From: a virus
Length of the DNA: 64,000 nucleotides
Reading direction: 5' to 3' (one strand)
IMG/VR virus record: IMGVR_UViG_3300020470_001313
Coordinates: 1-64,000 of that record
Part shown: positions 15,671 to 26,150 of the stretch, in pieces
Layout: each line of letters starts with the position of its first letter
Position numbering within the stretch: the first letter of the stretch is position 1
Notes under the pieces: generated by a model
The model's database searches: none
The model's input: the letters and a program-made list of their open reading frames with translations, nothing else
Told to the model about the DNA's origin: nothing
Program-made: the position numbers and the translations under genes

Positions 15671-16532
15671 TATTCTCAGGTGGATTAGCAAATGCTAAGA
15701 CACGATTAAACATGTCTGGAGATTCATTCGTAGCATTACTAAACCTTGCCTGATTCTTACGTACGTTTAACTGTCCGTAGGCTTTCATTACCTTGGTTGC
15801 TACATCAGGTGTAACATCAACCTCTGTACCATCGTGGAACTTAATAGCACCAGCACAACCATTCTCTGCACAGTGCTTGATCTTTGCTAAGTTACCAGTC
15901 TTGGAAAATTCTTCGTTCTGAGTTGATACATCTGTACCTACTCTCGCTTTACGTTTTAAGTTAGCAGTCTTCTTTTGTAAAGTCTTTTGGATCTCTTGCT
16001 TCTTAAGGTCAGCATTCTTCTTTAAGATCTGTATCTTTGATTGAGCAAGTTGTTGTTTGATTTGCTTGTCCTGATCCTCAAGGACAAATTCTTCAGGGAT
16101 ATTCTTCATCGCTTTCATTCTCTTATTGTAATAAAATTTCTGTGCTTCACCAGGGAATACCCTATCAATCTCCACATCACCTCGGTAACGAGGATTAATT
16201 AGAAGACGCATCTTTTGTCTTAACTCTGCCTGAGTGTTAGCATAAACTATAGTTTCACCCACACCAGGAATCTTAACCTTATACTGTAGTAACCTGCTAG
16301 GCATAGCAGGGTTCACTTTATTTTTTACCTTACCATCGTTAGGTGTATGACCTTCCTTCCAGTTTTTACGGAGCTTTCTATAGGCAGAGACGAATGGTTG
16401 ATCTTTGATCTTCTTATTCGCTCTCTTACGGAAGTCTAACTTAGGATCAAAACCTGCATTAGGTCCAGTGGCAGCAGCAGATCCAGAGAATCCACCTGTA
16501 CCAGCACTCATTGTAGGTTCTTCATTAATCAT
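15663..16532 (-). CDS. Hypothetical (probable virion/head) protein
   Basis: 289 aa, basic, within late head-protein cluster. Confidence 0.7.
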   Translation of the reverse strand: MINEEPTMSAGTGGFSGSAAATGPNAGFDPKLDFRKRANKKIKDQPFVSAYRKLRKNWKEGHTPNDGKVKNKVNPAMPSRLLQYKVKIPGVGETIVYANTQAELRQKMRLLINPRYRGDVEIDRVFPGEAQKFYYNKRMKAMKNIPEEFVLEDQDKQIKQQLAQSKIQILKKNADLKKQEIQKTLQKKTANLKRKARVGTDVSTQNEEFSKTGNLAKIKHCAENGCAGAIKFHDGTEVDVTPDVATKVMKAYGQLNVRKNQARFSNATNESPDMFNRVLAFANPPENNG

Positions 16533-16891
16533 AATGTGCTAAGTTCCTCTACGACATCAGGGTCAGACTCTAAACAGTCCATGTAATGTTCAGGGAATCT
16601 GTTTAGGTATTCTAAGAATGCTTTCAACAGTGGCCAATATTCTTTTTCAAATTTGAATAAGAGTAATGGTGTTGCAGCGTCATCAAAAACATTATAAAGA
16701 ACAATCAGATGATTTATAATCAAATGAGACCTTAAAGGTCCCCCACGCAGATACCTCTTGAGTAATCTCTTGAGGTACTTAAAGCGTTTCATGTCTTCAT
16801 CAAAATCCTCACGAGTAACACTGTGAGGATTCTCATAATTTCTGATGGCGAACATTACGTAGTTATCGTTGTTCAGTTCACCAAATTTCAT
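16529..16891 (-). CDS. Conserved T4-like cyanophage hypothetical protein
   Basis: FDEDMKRFKYLKRLL..HLIINHLIVLYNVF motif. Confidence 0.8.
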   Translation of the reverse strand: MKFGELNNDNYVMFAIRNYENPHSVTREDFDEDMKRFKYLKRLLKRYLRGGPLRSHLIINHLIVLYNVFDDAATPLLLFKFEKEYWPLLKAFLEYLNRFPEHYMDCLESDPDVVEELSTL

Positions 16892-16897
16892 CTAGTA

Positions 16898-17470
16898 TTA
16901 AGTAGTTGTAAACGTCTTAGTAGTACCAGAACCACCTGCTCCAATTGTATCACCTAGAACAAATGCCTTATCGGATGTTGCACCACCAGTGGAGTCAACG
17001 ATTGTTCCAGAGATTGTTTGAGCACCGATTGTATGCACCTTGTCAGCAGCAGCAGCGGTGAATGTAAATTCAACACGGTTTGTGTTTGACTGAGCAGCAG
17101 CAGTAGCAGTTATACTTGCACTGTCTGTAGTGTTGGTAACTACAAGAGTTGCACCGTTAGTAACGTTGACTCTCTCGTTATATATGACAACAACAGTACC
17201 AGTTGCTCCAGCAGCGTATGAAGTCTCCTCAAAGAATACAGCAGTGATGTCTGCCTCTCCAAGTGTATTAGTTCCACGACCACCAGCACCTACAAGACCA
17301 TCAACAGCAACTAGAACTTCATCCCAGTACTCTGATAGATCAGCTTTCTTGTAGTGTCTTAGTACCCAACCTTGCTCGGTTGCAAAAATATTTGATGGGT
17401 CTACAGCACCACCCTGTACCGCCCACTTCGGCTTAGCTTCATCAGCATCAGTTACACCATATAGTGCCAT
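16898..17470 (-). CDS. Virion structural protein (Ig-like beta-rich C-terminus)
   Basis: MALYG N-terminus, Thr/Ala/Gly-rich; late TAAATA box upstream. Confidence 0.75.
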   Translation of the reverse strand: MALYGVTDADEAKPKWAVQGGAVDPSNIFATEQGWVLRHYKKADLSEYWDEVLVAVDGLVGAGGRGTNTLGEADITAVFFEETSYAAGATGTVVVIYNERVNVTNGATLVVTNTTDSASITATAAAQSNTNRVEFTFTAAAADKVHTIGAQTISGTIVDSTGGATSDKAFVLGDTIGAGGSGTTKTFTTT

Positions 17471-17525
17471 TTGATCGTCTCCGTATAATTAACTCAATCT
17501 GTTATTATTTATCAGTTTGAGTGCT

Positions 17526-17729
17526 TTAAAGATATGCTTTAGATATGTTAGTAGCGAATCCTATAACCGTGACTCCAGCAGCTATCACTGCCCCAGCTCC
17601 GATTACCCACTTCTCTACTGTTTTTAATCTTTCTCTTAGGTCATCCTGTTTTTCCTCAAGACGTTCTATCTTGAGTTGCATCACAGTAATACGAGTTTCC
17701 TGTGAAGCATCAAGTCCTAGATCGCTCAT
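17526..17729 (-). CDS. Small coiled-coil plus TM protein
   Basis: LKIERLEEKQDDLRERL then hydrophobic helix. Confidence 0.7.
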   Translation of the reverse strand: MSDLGLDASQETRITVMQLKIERLEEKQDDLRERLKTVEKWVIGAGAVIAAGVTVIGFATNISKAYL

Positions 17730-17953
17730 GATACAAAGTCGTCAGCTTTGACTTCTCTGTTTCTAATTGCTTTTGCTACTTGCTCAAACAACTGATCATC
17801 AACGTCTGTCTTAGTAGTCTTTACTGCTTTAGCAAGAACTCTTAAACAAATCTCAATGAGTCTATCTCCAATCTCTGCATCGTTTGGGATAGCGTTAACT
17901 GCATCTTTTATAATCTTAGATGCAAAAGGTAAAAGTGCTTTAAACATTTTCAA
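17726..17953 (-). CDS. Hypothetical protein
   Basis: 75-aa coupled ORF. Confidence 0.7.
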   Translation of the reverse strand: MKMFKALLPFASKIIKDAVNAIPNDAEIGDRLIEICLRVLAKAVKTTKTDVDDQLFEQVAKAIRNREVKADDFVS

Positions 17954-17967
17954 TAGATTACTCTAAT

Positions 17968-18489
17968 CTATATAGGTTTAAATTTCCCACCTTTGAGATA
18001 TCCCCACTTACCACCTCGGACTGCCTTCACTCCTTTAGCAGTTCTCTTAGCGTCAGCAGCATTCTTCATGAAATCTTTATACTTCTTTGCCTTAACTTCC
18101 TTATGCTTTCTCTGAGCATTATCTATCAATTCCTTATGGATGTCTTCTTTTTTAACACCACGTCTTGCTTCATGGTCTGCTCTTCTATCCTTTCTAATAC
18201 CACCACCTAGTTCATGTGATCCATGTGGGTTACCATATCTCTTATCTCTGACTGTTGCTCTCTTATGCTCAGGTGTTTTTAGATCAACCTTTGCTTCATT
18301 GGTATGAGCAAATGCTTTTTTCATAACATCCAACCGAAGATGAGGAGGAAGACTTTTCTCAGCTTCCTTCCTCTTCTTCTCAGCCTTCTTCTTAACAGCA
18401 TCACCTAGTTTGCTGTGTTCTATCTCAGGTTTCCAATCTTCATTATGTTCCAAGGCCACGTCCTCTATCGTAGTTGTCTTTACCACCAT
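17968..18489 (-). CDS. Basic hypothetical protein (probable internal head protein)
   Basis: K/R-rich 173 aa. Confidence 0.65.
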   Translation of the reverse strand: MVVKTTTIEDVALEHNEDWKPEIEHSKLGDAVKKKAEKKRKEAEKSLPPHLRLDVMKKAFAHTNEAKVDLKTPEHKRATVRDKRYGNPHGSHELGGGIRKDRRADHEARRGVKKEDIHKELIDNAQRKHKEVKAKKYKDFMKNAADAKRTAKGVKAVRGGKWGYLKGGKFKPI

Positions 18490-19705
18490 AGCGAGCCATG
18501 GTGTTAACGTAATTCTTTACGTCTTTGAATCCACGCTTCTTAGCATCAGATGCGGTTGCTTTCTTAGCATCTGCTGCCTTCTTATACTTTCCAGTACCAG
18601 CATCAGATTTAGCACCCTTTACTTTCTTTGCTTGTCTGCTTCCTTGCCCTACTACAGCACCTGCTCCATGATCCTTACGGATCTTAGCCAGCACAGCTGC
18701 TAGGGCTGGATCCTTTTTTCCCTTAGTGCCCCCTTTGTCGTAACCTTTCTCTTTCTTAAGACGTGTTGCTTCTGAAACTAGACGTGCCTTTAGATGATTC
18801 ATCATAGCTTCTTCTTTAGAAACTACCTTCTTAACATCCTTAGCAAACTTAACAGCAGTCTTTACACCAGACTTAACGCCCTTAGCAAATTCCTTAGCAC
18901 GTTTCTCAGGTACTTTACCCTTAGCACGTTGCTTAGAGTATGCTGCTTTAGCATCTCCTACTGCTTTCTTATGTCTTTCAACACCTTTCTTAACAGCACC
19001 ACTTACTCTACCGAGTATTCCTTTCTTTGAGGTTGGTTTTGCTGGTTGCTTCGCTTTTGCTTTTGTAACAGTCGCTGCAACTTTCTTACTAGTAGCAGCC
19101 TTCTTTGCAGGTGCTGCTTTCGGTTTTCTAACAGTAGCCTTAGCAACTGGTTTGACTTCTGTTTTAGGTGCTGCCTTCTTCTTTGGAGCCGCTGCTTTCT
19201 TTTTAGCAGCAGGTTTTTTAGAATCTCCATAGTTAGTACTGTCCTCAGTTTCACCAGATCTCTTGGCGTATGACTTAGCATACTCACCTTTACCTGATGC
19301 TTTCTTTGCTTTGTCTGCTGCATCAACCTTTGCTTTTACCTTCTCGTAAGAAGGTGCTTTAACAGATGCCTTTCTTGCAGACCGTTCCTCATTGAGTTCT
19401 TCAATAGGATCAATAACGAATTCAGTGAACTCATCAATACCTATCTCTTCAATAAGACTGTCAAGACCTTCTTCGTTAAGTCCTTCTGAGTAGAAATATT
19501 CAGCAGCAACTTCTACAGCAGAATCAATCCACTCTTCAGTGAATTCAACAGACTCTACAGTTGGTCCTTCAGCATCCTCTTTCTTCTCACACTTACCACA
19601 AGTGCAATCTTCAGGATGTTTCTTAGGAGCCTCCATCAATTCATCCTTGCGAGGATTGATCTTGATCTTAGACTTCTTTTCGGTTAGTTCTTTAAAACTA
19701 AGCAT
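18443..19705 (-). CDS. Lys/Ala-rich (histone H1-like) probable internal head protein
   Basis: MLSFKELTE N-terminus; KKPAAKKKAAAPKKKAAPK repeats. Confidence 0.75.
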   Translation of the reverse strand: MLSFKELTEKKSKIKINPRKDELMEAPKKHPEDCTCGKCEKKEDAEGPTVESVEFTEEWIDSAVEVAAEYFYSEGLNEEGLDSLIEEIGIDEFTEFVIDPIEELNEERSARKASVKAPSYEKVKAKVDAADKAKKASGKGEYAKSYAKRSGETEDSTNYGDSKKPAAKKKAAAPKKKAAPKTEVKPVAKATVRKPKAAPAKKAATSKKVAATVTKAKAKQPAKPTSKKGILGRVSGAVKKGVERHKKAVGDAKAAYSKQRAKGKVPEKRAKEFAKGVKSGVKTAVKFAKDVKKVVSKEEAMMNHLKARLVSEATRLKKEKGYDKGGTKGKKDPALAAVLAKIRKDHGAGAVVGQGSRQAKKVKGAKSDAGTGKYKKAADAKKATASDAKKRGFKDVKNYVNTMARYGGKDNYDRGRGLGT

Positions 19706-19934
19706 CGGATTTTTCCTCCTCAGTTTCTATGTCATGTTCAATAACTTTACCATCAGCATCTACTTCATGATGCTCCTTCTTAGTTTTGAACTTACCATCT
19801 ACCTCACCTTTCTCATAACCTTTTCCATCGCCGTCATCATCCCACCAGCGTTTAGTCTTCTTGTCATACTTTTTCTTGCCCTCATACACTTTATTAAGTG
19901 CATCGGTCATATCGGGTAGGTCTTGTAAGTTCAT
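19698..19934 (-). CDS. Hypothetical protein
   Basis: 78 aa, DDDGDGKGYE; TATAAATA at 19964-19957. Confidence 0.65.
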   Translation of the reverse strand: MNLQDLPDMTDALNKVYEGKKKYDKKTKRWWDDDGDGKGYEKGEVDGKFKTKKEHHEVDADGKVIEHDIETEEEKSDA

Positions 19935-21145
19935 TTCTTTTTGCTGCTGCTCTTTTTATTTATAGTTTCACCAGGTGTCAGAGTCTTGACTGCCTTGGCA
20001 AGTTTTGGTGTTCCCTCTAATCCTAATGGGCTAAAGTTAAACGCTTTAAGATCGGCATAACCTTTCTTAGGGTCAGTCTTTCTATAGGATACAAAGTTCT
20101 TTACAGATACTTCCTGTAAATCCTTTAACCAACCACGATAAACATGATCATGTTCATCAATGTATATAACGTAGTTCACACCACGTTTAACAATCTTTCC
20201 AGTGATACCACTATTAATGTTCTCAATGATAGCACCTTCTTTAAAGATCTTCTTACCATAGTATGCTTCTCTAAGTCCTTCTGGATCTAACTTAGGTGCA
20301 ATCTCATATAGTTCGTAAGAAGCATCTCCAAAATCTTCTATGGATTCTACTTGCATAGAACCTCTTAACTCTTTGAAGAGTTCCTTTGCTTCCTTATCTT
20401 CTAATGCTTGAGGCATACCAGAACGGAATGAATTAAAATCATTCTCTGCTGCTGCCTTACGCATCTTAGATGCAGACATACCTTCTACACTATCAGAATC
20501 TGGATCTCTATCACCAGCAGACTGAACGTTGATCTCTTCAAACTCATAGAGTTTACCATTATATTTCTCTGCTAAGTTCTCAAACTCAGCAACCCTATCA
20601 CCACCCAAAACTAAATTGATTGTTGAGTACCCTTCATTGTAGAGTGACTTGAGTACATCAAATATAGTTTTAAATTCTTCGTTGTTTACAATAGCATGTG
20701 CATGGTCAGGAAACATCTGACGCATGTAATGTACTTTAGTCTCAGGATCTATTGGGTTTTTCTTTGGATCTTGAGATCTACTGGGATATATCTTGTATTC
20801 CCCACTCTTACTAGATGAAGCGAGTCGCTCAATGAGTTTCTCATGTCCGATAGTTGGTGGATTAAATCTTCCAAATGTAATAGATATGTCACCTTTAGTG
20901 CCCGCGTTGCCACCTTCTTCCTGTCCAGTTCCTTGTTGTCCCTGTTGTTCTGGTGGTACTCCATTCTTTGCTGCCTGTTGTTCAGGTGATAGTTCTATTA
21001 GTTGTCCATTAACAGAACGATGGGTCACAGTTCCATCGGGACGACCATAATAGCCGTATCCTACATGACTGAGACCTAGTTTTGCTGCTTTATCTGATGC
21101 TTGTGATTTTGCTGCTTCGGTAAGGAAGTCGCTAAACTTTTTCAT
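19931..21145 (-). CDS. Cytidyltransferase-like (HIGH-family nucleotidyltransferase)
   Basis: TFGRFNPPTIGHEKL, VLGGDR, GMSASKMR. Confidence 0.9.
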   Translation of the reverse strand: MKKFSDFLTEAAKSQASDKAAKLGLSHVGYGYYGRPDGTVTHRSVNGQLIELSPEQQAAKNGVPPEQQGQQGTGQEEGGNAGTKGDISITFGRFNPPTIGHEKLIERLASSSKSGEYKIYPSRSQDPKKNPIDPETKVHYMRQMFPDHAHAIVNNEEFKTIFDVLKSLYNEGYSTINLVLGGDRVAEFENLAEKYNGKLYEFEEINVQSAGDRDPDSDSVEGMSASKMRKAAAENDFNSFRSGMPQALEDKEAKELFKELRGSMQVESIEDFGDASYELYEIAPKLDPEGLREAYYGKKIFKEGAIIENINSGITGKIVKRGVNYVIYIDEHDHVYRGWLKDLQEVSVKNFVSYRKTDPKKGYADLKAFNFSPLGLEGTPKLAKAVKTLTPGETINKKSSSKKK

Positions 21146-22037
21146 GCTTCCAATTTTTACGTAAGTTAAAGTTTGCTTGACTAAATTCCAAACGGTTAAC
21201 GAGTTTCACTGAATACTTAGGTCCAATTAATACATAACCTTCTGGTTTAGAAGGTTGATCACCAATTAAGCATTCAACACTCTCATCTACCTTGACAGCA
21301 GAGAGAAGTATATCTTTAATATTCAGGATTAGATTATATAATCTGAAGGTATTTATGTTTACCTCACACTTATATTTATCATCCAAACTGTAGTAGATTT
21401 CAGATGCCGTAGGAGCTTTTCCTTCACGGATAAATTTATTATAGAATTGTCTTAGATCTGAAGTAGGAAACTTACAGAATGGAACTAACAATCTTGCCTG
21501 ACTAATTAAAAACTTTGCCCAGAATGGAACCTCAAGTTTAGATGTATTTGTATCTACACAATAGCAAGTGGCAGTAGAAGGTAAAGTCACACCGTAGATA
21601 GGTACAGCAGTAGGACTTACTTCATTATATGCTGTGTGTGGTGCTATTATTACGTCTTGTAAAACAAGTGAATTAAACTTATAAGTAATCGTGTTGGGAC
21701 GGTAGGTATCAGACCCTCCAAATCCGATAAAGTCTGCTTGTACGATACCTTCTATACGAGGTAAAGCATAGAAACAGGCGGTCAGAATCTGAGCTACCGC
21801 ACCATCATGGTTACGAACTATATCAGCGACACTATAATTTATTTTAACTTTTCTTTTGTTGAAAACACTCTTCGTACCAACAAAGAACTTACCCTCATTC
21901 TTACCAAACACTATGGATGGTGCTCCATCCCACTTAGTTGAGAGTTTGTGTACCATAAACAGATGATCTAGAACCTCATTAGGATCAACCCCTGTAAGGA
22001 TCATATCTTCTGGATGTTCTAGGTGCTTATTGGGCAT
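21132..22037 (-). CDS. Conserved cyanophage protein (DUF6267-like, ligase-type nucleotidyltransferase motifs)
   Basis: NKHLEHPED, STKWDGAPSI, FFVGTKSVFNK, PEGYV, VKLVNRLEFS; extended -10 TGCTATAAT upstream. Confidence 0.75.
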   Translation of the reverse strand: MPNKHLEHPEDMILTGVDPNEVLDHLFMVHKLSTKWDGAPSIVFGKNEGKFFVGTKSVFNKRKVKINYSVADIVRNHDGAVAQILTACFYALPRIEGIVQADFIGFGGSDTYRPNTITYKFNSLVLQDVIIAPHTAYNEVSPTAVPIYGVTLPSTATCYCVDTNTSKLEVPFWAKFLISQARLLVPFCKFPTSDLRQFYNKFIREGKAPTASEIYYSLDDKYKCEVNINTFRLYNLILNIKDILLSAVKVDESVECLIGDQPSKPEGYVLIGPKYSVKLVNRLEFSQANFNLRKNWKHEKV

Positions 22038-22092
22038 GGGTGTCTTTCAGATACCCTTATTATAGCATGCTAGAACCTAGTTGTGTACTGCC

Positions 22093-23535
22093 TTAGTACA
22101 GTTTGCCAAATGGTCCAAAGCGTTTACCCTTCTTCGCTGCTAAGAACACCATATCTGTCATAAATTCATCACGATTTTTAACTTTCATCCCTGATAGCAT
22201 GGCAATGAATTTCATCTGCATTAATTTTGATGTGGCAAGACCGAATGGATCATTCTTCAATGCAGTTTTCATATTATTAACAAAGGTATCTTCATCCACA
22301 CCTTTTGTATCAGCAAACTTATCAACCTTTTTAAAGATTGATCTCCACTCCTTCTCTTCTTTTACAAAGGTATCTACATCTTTAGGATACTCTTTGTGTT
22401 GATTTTTAAAATCAAGTTTCTGTTTATTATCTTTGATAAGTTGTTGAACCATAGCAACTGGTGCTTTACCCATACGAGCAGCTCTACCTTTATCCTCAGT
22501 TGGTTCAAACTTTAAGTTTGATACCTTCTTAGTATCATTACCTTTGATTTGAAAATCATAAGAAGCATCATTACCTGATACAACAACACGACTGTCCTGT
22601 GATGCCCATCCATTATTATAATTTAAATTACATAAAGGTTTCAGAGTTTTATAGTTGTAAGTATCTTCATCCAATCCCAATTCTCTAACGTTATACTCTC
22701 TCCAGTCTGCACTACTACCACTAATCTTTTTCAAAGATATACCAACAACCCTTCTCTGATGGAACATTTTCCTTAGAACAGCATTAAGTTCAATAATAGT
22801 TTGGGATCCATTACCATCAATAGTTTTATCAATATCGTTTTTAATTGACGTTGTAGTACCTTTTATACCCCAAATATCAGCAGGGTTCCAGTTATCTTTC
22901 TGAGATATACCAAACTTTTCTTTAACTGTATCACTAATATATTTCATGAACCCACCCTTGTGGTTGAAATCAGTAAAGTCACTCTTCTTAAACTCATCTA
23001 ATATCTTTTTCTGTTGTGCATAGTATCCTTTAATCCAATCTTCTGATACATCTTCATAAACTTCATAGATTGTTTTGAATGGTTTACTATCATCAATTCT
23101 AACTCCTTCTCCAGGAGCTTGATACGTTACTATATCTTCCCACTTACTAAAGTTTGCATTCTTTTTCAATGCACATTTAATAATCCAAGCAGATGTACGT
23201 TCTTGTTTTTCTGTTGTCTTAGCATCTGCTGCTTTTGCAGATTTCTTACCAGACTTTAAAAATTTTATTCTCCACTCTTTCTTATCACCAGTGTTTACAA
23301 ATCCTTTTGTGTTTGGTTTCTCACCAAAGTGTATAGCAATGGATTCATACTCATCTTCTGAAACCTTCCATTGCCATTGAGATGACTTAGTTCTTCCCCA
23401 ATTAGCATCAGCAAATATAGTTGCCTTACCTCTTGGTAGAGCACTCCAGATTTCATCAACCAAAGCTTTACAATCTGCTGGAGCTTTCGCTTTTATTTTT
23501 GTTTTGGTATCTAAAGTAAATGCTGTCTTAGCCAT
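22093..23535 (-). CDS. Hypothetical protein, possible PD-(D/E)xK-fold nuclease
   Basis: 480 aa; WNPADIW...VGISLKK. Confidence 0.6.
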   Translation of the reverse strand: MAKTAFTLDTKTKIKAKAPADCKALVDEIWSALPRGKATIFADANWGRTKSSQWQWKVSEDEYESIAIHFGEKPNTKGFVNTGDKKEWRIKFLKSGKKSAKAADAKTTEKQERTSAWIIKCALKKNANFSKWEDIVTYQAPGEGVRIDDSKPFKTIYEVYEDVSEDWIKGYYAQQKKILDEFKKSDFTDFNHKGGFMKYISDTVKEKFGISQKDNWNPADIWGIKGTTTSIKNDIDKTIDGNGSQTIIELNAVLRKMFHQRRVVGISLKKISGSSADWREYNVRELGLDEDTYNYKTLKPLCNLNYNNGWASQDSRVVVSGNDASYDFQIKGNDTKKVSNLKFEPTEDKGRAARMGKAPVAMVQQLIKDNKQKLDFKNQHKEYPKDVDTFVKEEKEWRSIFKKVDKFADTKGVDEDTFVNNMKTALKNDPFGLATSKLMQMKFIAMLSGMKVKNRDEFMTDMVFLAAKKGKRFGPFGKLY

Positions 23536-23559
23536 TAGTTCTCGCAGGTCTCCACGAGA

Positions 23560-23658
23560 CTATTTAGATTCCAATTGCTTCCTCCAAGCATCAATCAGAA
23601 GTTGGAGTTCCTTCTGACGTGCTTGTGCTACTTTGATTTTTTCTTCCAGATTATTCAT
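23560..23658 (-). CDS. Small hypothetical protein (32 aa)
   Basis: MNNLEEKIKVAQARQKELQLLIDAWRKQLESK; ATGA overlap with mazG stop. Confidence 0.5.
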   Translation of the reverse strand: MNNLEEKIKVAQARQKELQLLIDAWRKQLESK

Positions 23659-24131
23659 CTGTCTCCTGCTTTACGATTCTCCGAACGCATAACATTAAAC
23701 TGACCCTCTGGGTAGCGTGACACTAACTTATTTACATTCATTAAAGCAAGTTCATCAAACGATGTGTCTAATGCCATACATGCCTGAGCAATATACCATA
23801 GGCAATCACCTAACTCAGTCTTCATATGATCAATGTTATCCACACTATATGGTTTACCTTGGAATACAATCTTCTTAACGATCTCAGTAAACTCACCTGC
23901 TTCAGCAGATAGACCAGTAGCAGCAGTCATAAGACGATTGACATCACAACCCTTAGTTTTAAGAGCATCTAATCGTTCTTGAAATGCATCGTAGTCTTTA
24001 CTTTCTTGTGAGGTTACCTCATTTACAAACTCTAGGTAACGTGCGTAATCAACCTTTGGAATTTCGTCAGTTACTTGATCCTCATTGATACCAGGAACAG
24101 AAGTATCTCCAAAGCCATGTGGTTTTGTCAT
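23655..24131 (-). CDS. mazG: MazG-like NTP pyrophosphohydrolase
   Basis: GLSAEAGEFTEIVKK...ELGDCLWY...NVNKLVSRYP. Confidence 0.93.
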   Translation of the reverse strand: MTKPHGFGDTSVPGINEDQVTDEIPKVDYARYLEFVNEVTSQESKDYDAFQERLDALKTKGCDVNRLMTAATGLSAEAGEFTEIVKKIVFQGKPYSVDNIDHMKTELGDCLWYIAQACMALDTSFDELALMNVNKLVSRYPEGQFNVMRSENRKAGDR

Positions 24132-24132
24132 T

Positions 24133-25509
24133 TTAATAAGTTAGTTGTGATAATTTATCGTTAGAGAACTTCTTTACGATAGAAATCTCTTCATTTGCTT
24201 GCTGTCCAGAATCAACTAGACCTTTTTGAGCATCCTCTATATCATACAGCCTCATCTTCGCTCTGTCAATACCTACGCAAAACTTCTTATTTATTGTAGG
24301 ATCATTATAGCGATTCTTTAACTGCTTAACCATGATCTGATTCAACCCTTCCAACTCCTCAGTAGAAATAAGAGCAAACATGAGATCAGCAGTGGCAGGA
24401 AGCCCGAAGGATTCAGATGTGTCAGTAAGATCAACATCGCTACTACCGTAACCAGCACGAGTGGTCTGGGTAGCCGAGACAATAGGAAGATTAAACTCCA
24501 CCGCAAGACCTCTAAGCTCCTCAGCAATACTCTTGACAAGCGTGTACGAATTGATGTTGCTACCTGCACGGTATCTTGATGATGCACAGATATTTAGATA
24601 GTCTACAAAGATAATATCTGGAGTGAAATTTTTCTTAAGTTTAAGTTCACCTACCAATGATCTGAAGTGTCCAGAGTGTGCTGATGCAGTTGGATACTCC
24701 TTGACAATGATCTTACCCTGAGTCTTCTTAATAAGATTACTTATCTTATTATCAAACATCACTTTAGGTAATGTCTTCAGGTCTTGGATCGGAACGTTGA
24801 GTAAATTTGCGTCAATTCTCTCTGCGATCTTCTCTTCAGCCATCTCCAATGTGATGTAGAGAACGTTCTTCCCTTGTAGTAAGACCGCACTGGCCATATG
24901 ACACATAAACAATGACTTACCAACACCAGTTCCAGCCAATGCAATATTAAGGGTCTTATTTGGGATGCCACCCTTAGTAATTTTGTTGAAGAACTCAAGG
25001 TCAAATGGTATCTTAGTCTCCTCTTGATGATACGATTCATATCTTTCTTCCGAATCTTTAATATAGTCATGCCCTACATTATTGTCAAAAGAAACTCCAA
25101 GTGCCTCTGTTAATACATGTGGTATGGCACCCTTGTCTTTAGTATCATCCTGTCCATCTGCGATTTTAATAGACTCCATCAGTGCCAAATAGATAGCACG
25201 TTCCTGACACCACTTCTCTGTAGTGTCTAGCAACCAAGGTAAGTCAGTCTCTTCGCAAATTATACTGTCTACAATTTCTTTGACTTGCTGGAACCCTTCA
25301 TCGGTGAGATCTGTTCTCTTCTCTAACTCAATGTAGAGTATGTCCTTATTGGCAAGACTGTTGTATTTATCAATGTAAGTGTGTAACTCTTCGTAAATGA
25401 CTCTGTAGTTGAACTCACTAAAGTACTCTGACTTTAGGAAAGGAACTACCTTACGAACATACTGCTCGTGACAGAGCAAGTTCGTGATGATCAGTAGTTC
25501 TGTATTCAT
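24133..25509 (-). CDS. g41: Replicative DNA helicase gp41
   Basis: Walker A AGTGVGKS, FVDYLNI, SATQTTR, QLKNRY. Confidence 0.98.
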   Translation of the reverse strand: MNTELLIITNLLCHEQYVRKVVPFLKSEYFSEFNYRVIYEELHTYIDKYNSLANKDILYIELEKRTDLTDEGFQQVKEIVDSIICEETDLPWLLDTTEKWCQERAIYLALMESIKIADGQDDTKDKGAIPHVLTEALGVSFDNNVGHDYIKDSEERYESYHQEETKIPFDLEFFNKITKGGIPNKTLNIALAGTGVGKSLFMCHMASAVLLQGKNVLYITLEMAEEKIAERIDANLLNVPIQDLKTLPKVMFDNKISNLIKKTQGKIIVKEYPTASAHSGHFRSLVGELKLKKNFTPDIIFVDYLNICASSRYRAGSNINSYTLVKSIAEELRGLAVEFNLPIVSATQTTRAGYGSSDVDLTDTSESFGLPATADLMFALISTEELEGLNQIMVKQLKNRYNDPTINKKFCVGIDRAKMRLYDIEDAQKGLVDSGQQANEEISIVKKFSNDKLSQLTY

Positions 25510-26150
25510 AGGTAATGGAGATACGATCCAACGATGTACTTAGGGAACTTTCTACATGGTCTTCCTTCATGTGGGAACATCCATGTTGGTGGGAACACCA
25601 TCATTCTACCACACTTTGGCTTAATCCACTGACTCCATTTAGGAAATACTGTCTCACCCTGATCTGGTTCATTCAAATACAGGAAGAAACCAAGGTATCT
25701 ACGAGCAGAATTATAGTCAAGGACATCCACATGCTTGGCAAACTGATCTGGTCTACCACTAGGTGCATCACATTGTCCTAAACCATCTGGGTTATACTTC
25801 TTAATTCTAAATTCTTCTAATGCTATCTCGTATGGAAAATCCTCACCAATACCTAACTCAGTCTTATATAAATTGACACACCCCATGAAGGCAGTCTGTA
25901 GTAAGTAGTGAAGAGGTTCATGTTTGATCTTACTCTCTTCACTCTCCTTATATAACTGAGTGAAATTTAACTGAGTGAACTGAGGTTTCATGTTCTCAGT
26001 TTCAACTCGGTCATGCTTGTCAGTATTAGATTCAAAAAGATCAATACATTGTTGTGCTAGGTCTTTGTCAATGACCTCATCGTATACACGGACGTAATCT
26101 TTAAGCTGTTTCATTACCGTAACTGAATTCTTTTTGGGCACACTCATCAA
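25506..26150 (-). CDS. 2OG-Fe(II) oxygenase (start probably near 26115)
   Basis: [31 protein letters not shown]. Confidence 0.9.
   Translation of the reverse strand: MMSVPKKNSVTVMKQLKDYVRVYDEVIDKDLAQQCIDLFESNTDKHDRVETENMKPQFTQLNFTQLYKESEESKIKHEPLHYLLQTAFMGCVNLYKTELGIGEDFPYEIALEEFRIKKYNPDGLGQCDAPSGRPDQFAKHVDVLDYNSARRYLGFFLYLNEPDQGETVFPKWSQWIKPKCGRMMVFPPTWMFPHEGRPCRKFPKYIVGSYLHYL

Noticed and set aside
18900-19330. Tandem DNA repeat or mobile element in the Lys/Ala-rich gene
   Set aside because: Periodicity reflects protein low complexity (KKAA), not exact nucleotide repeats
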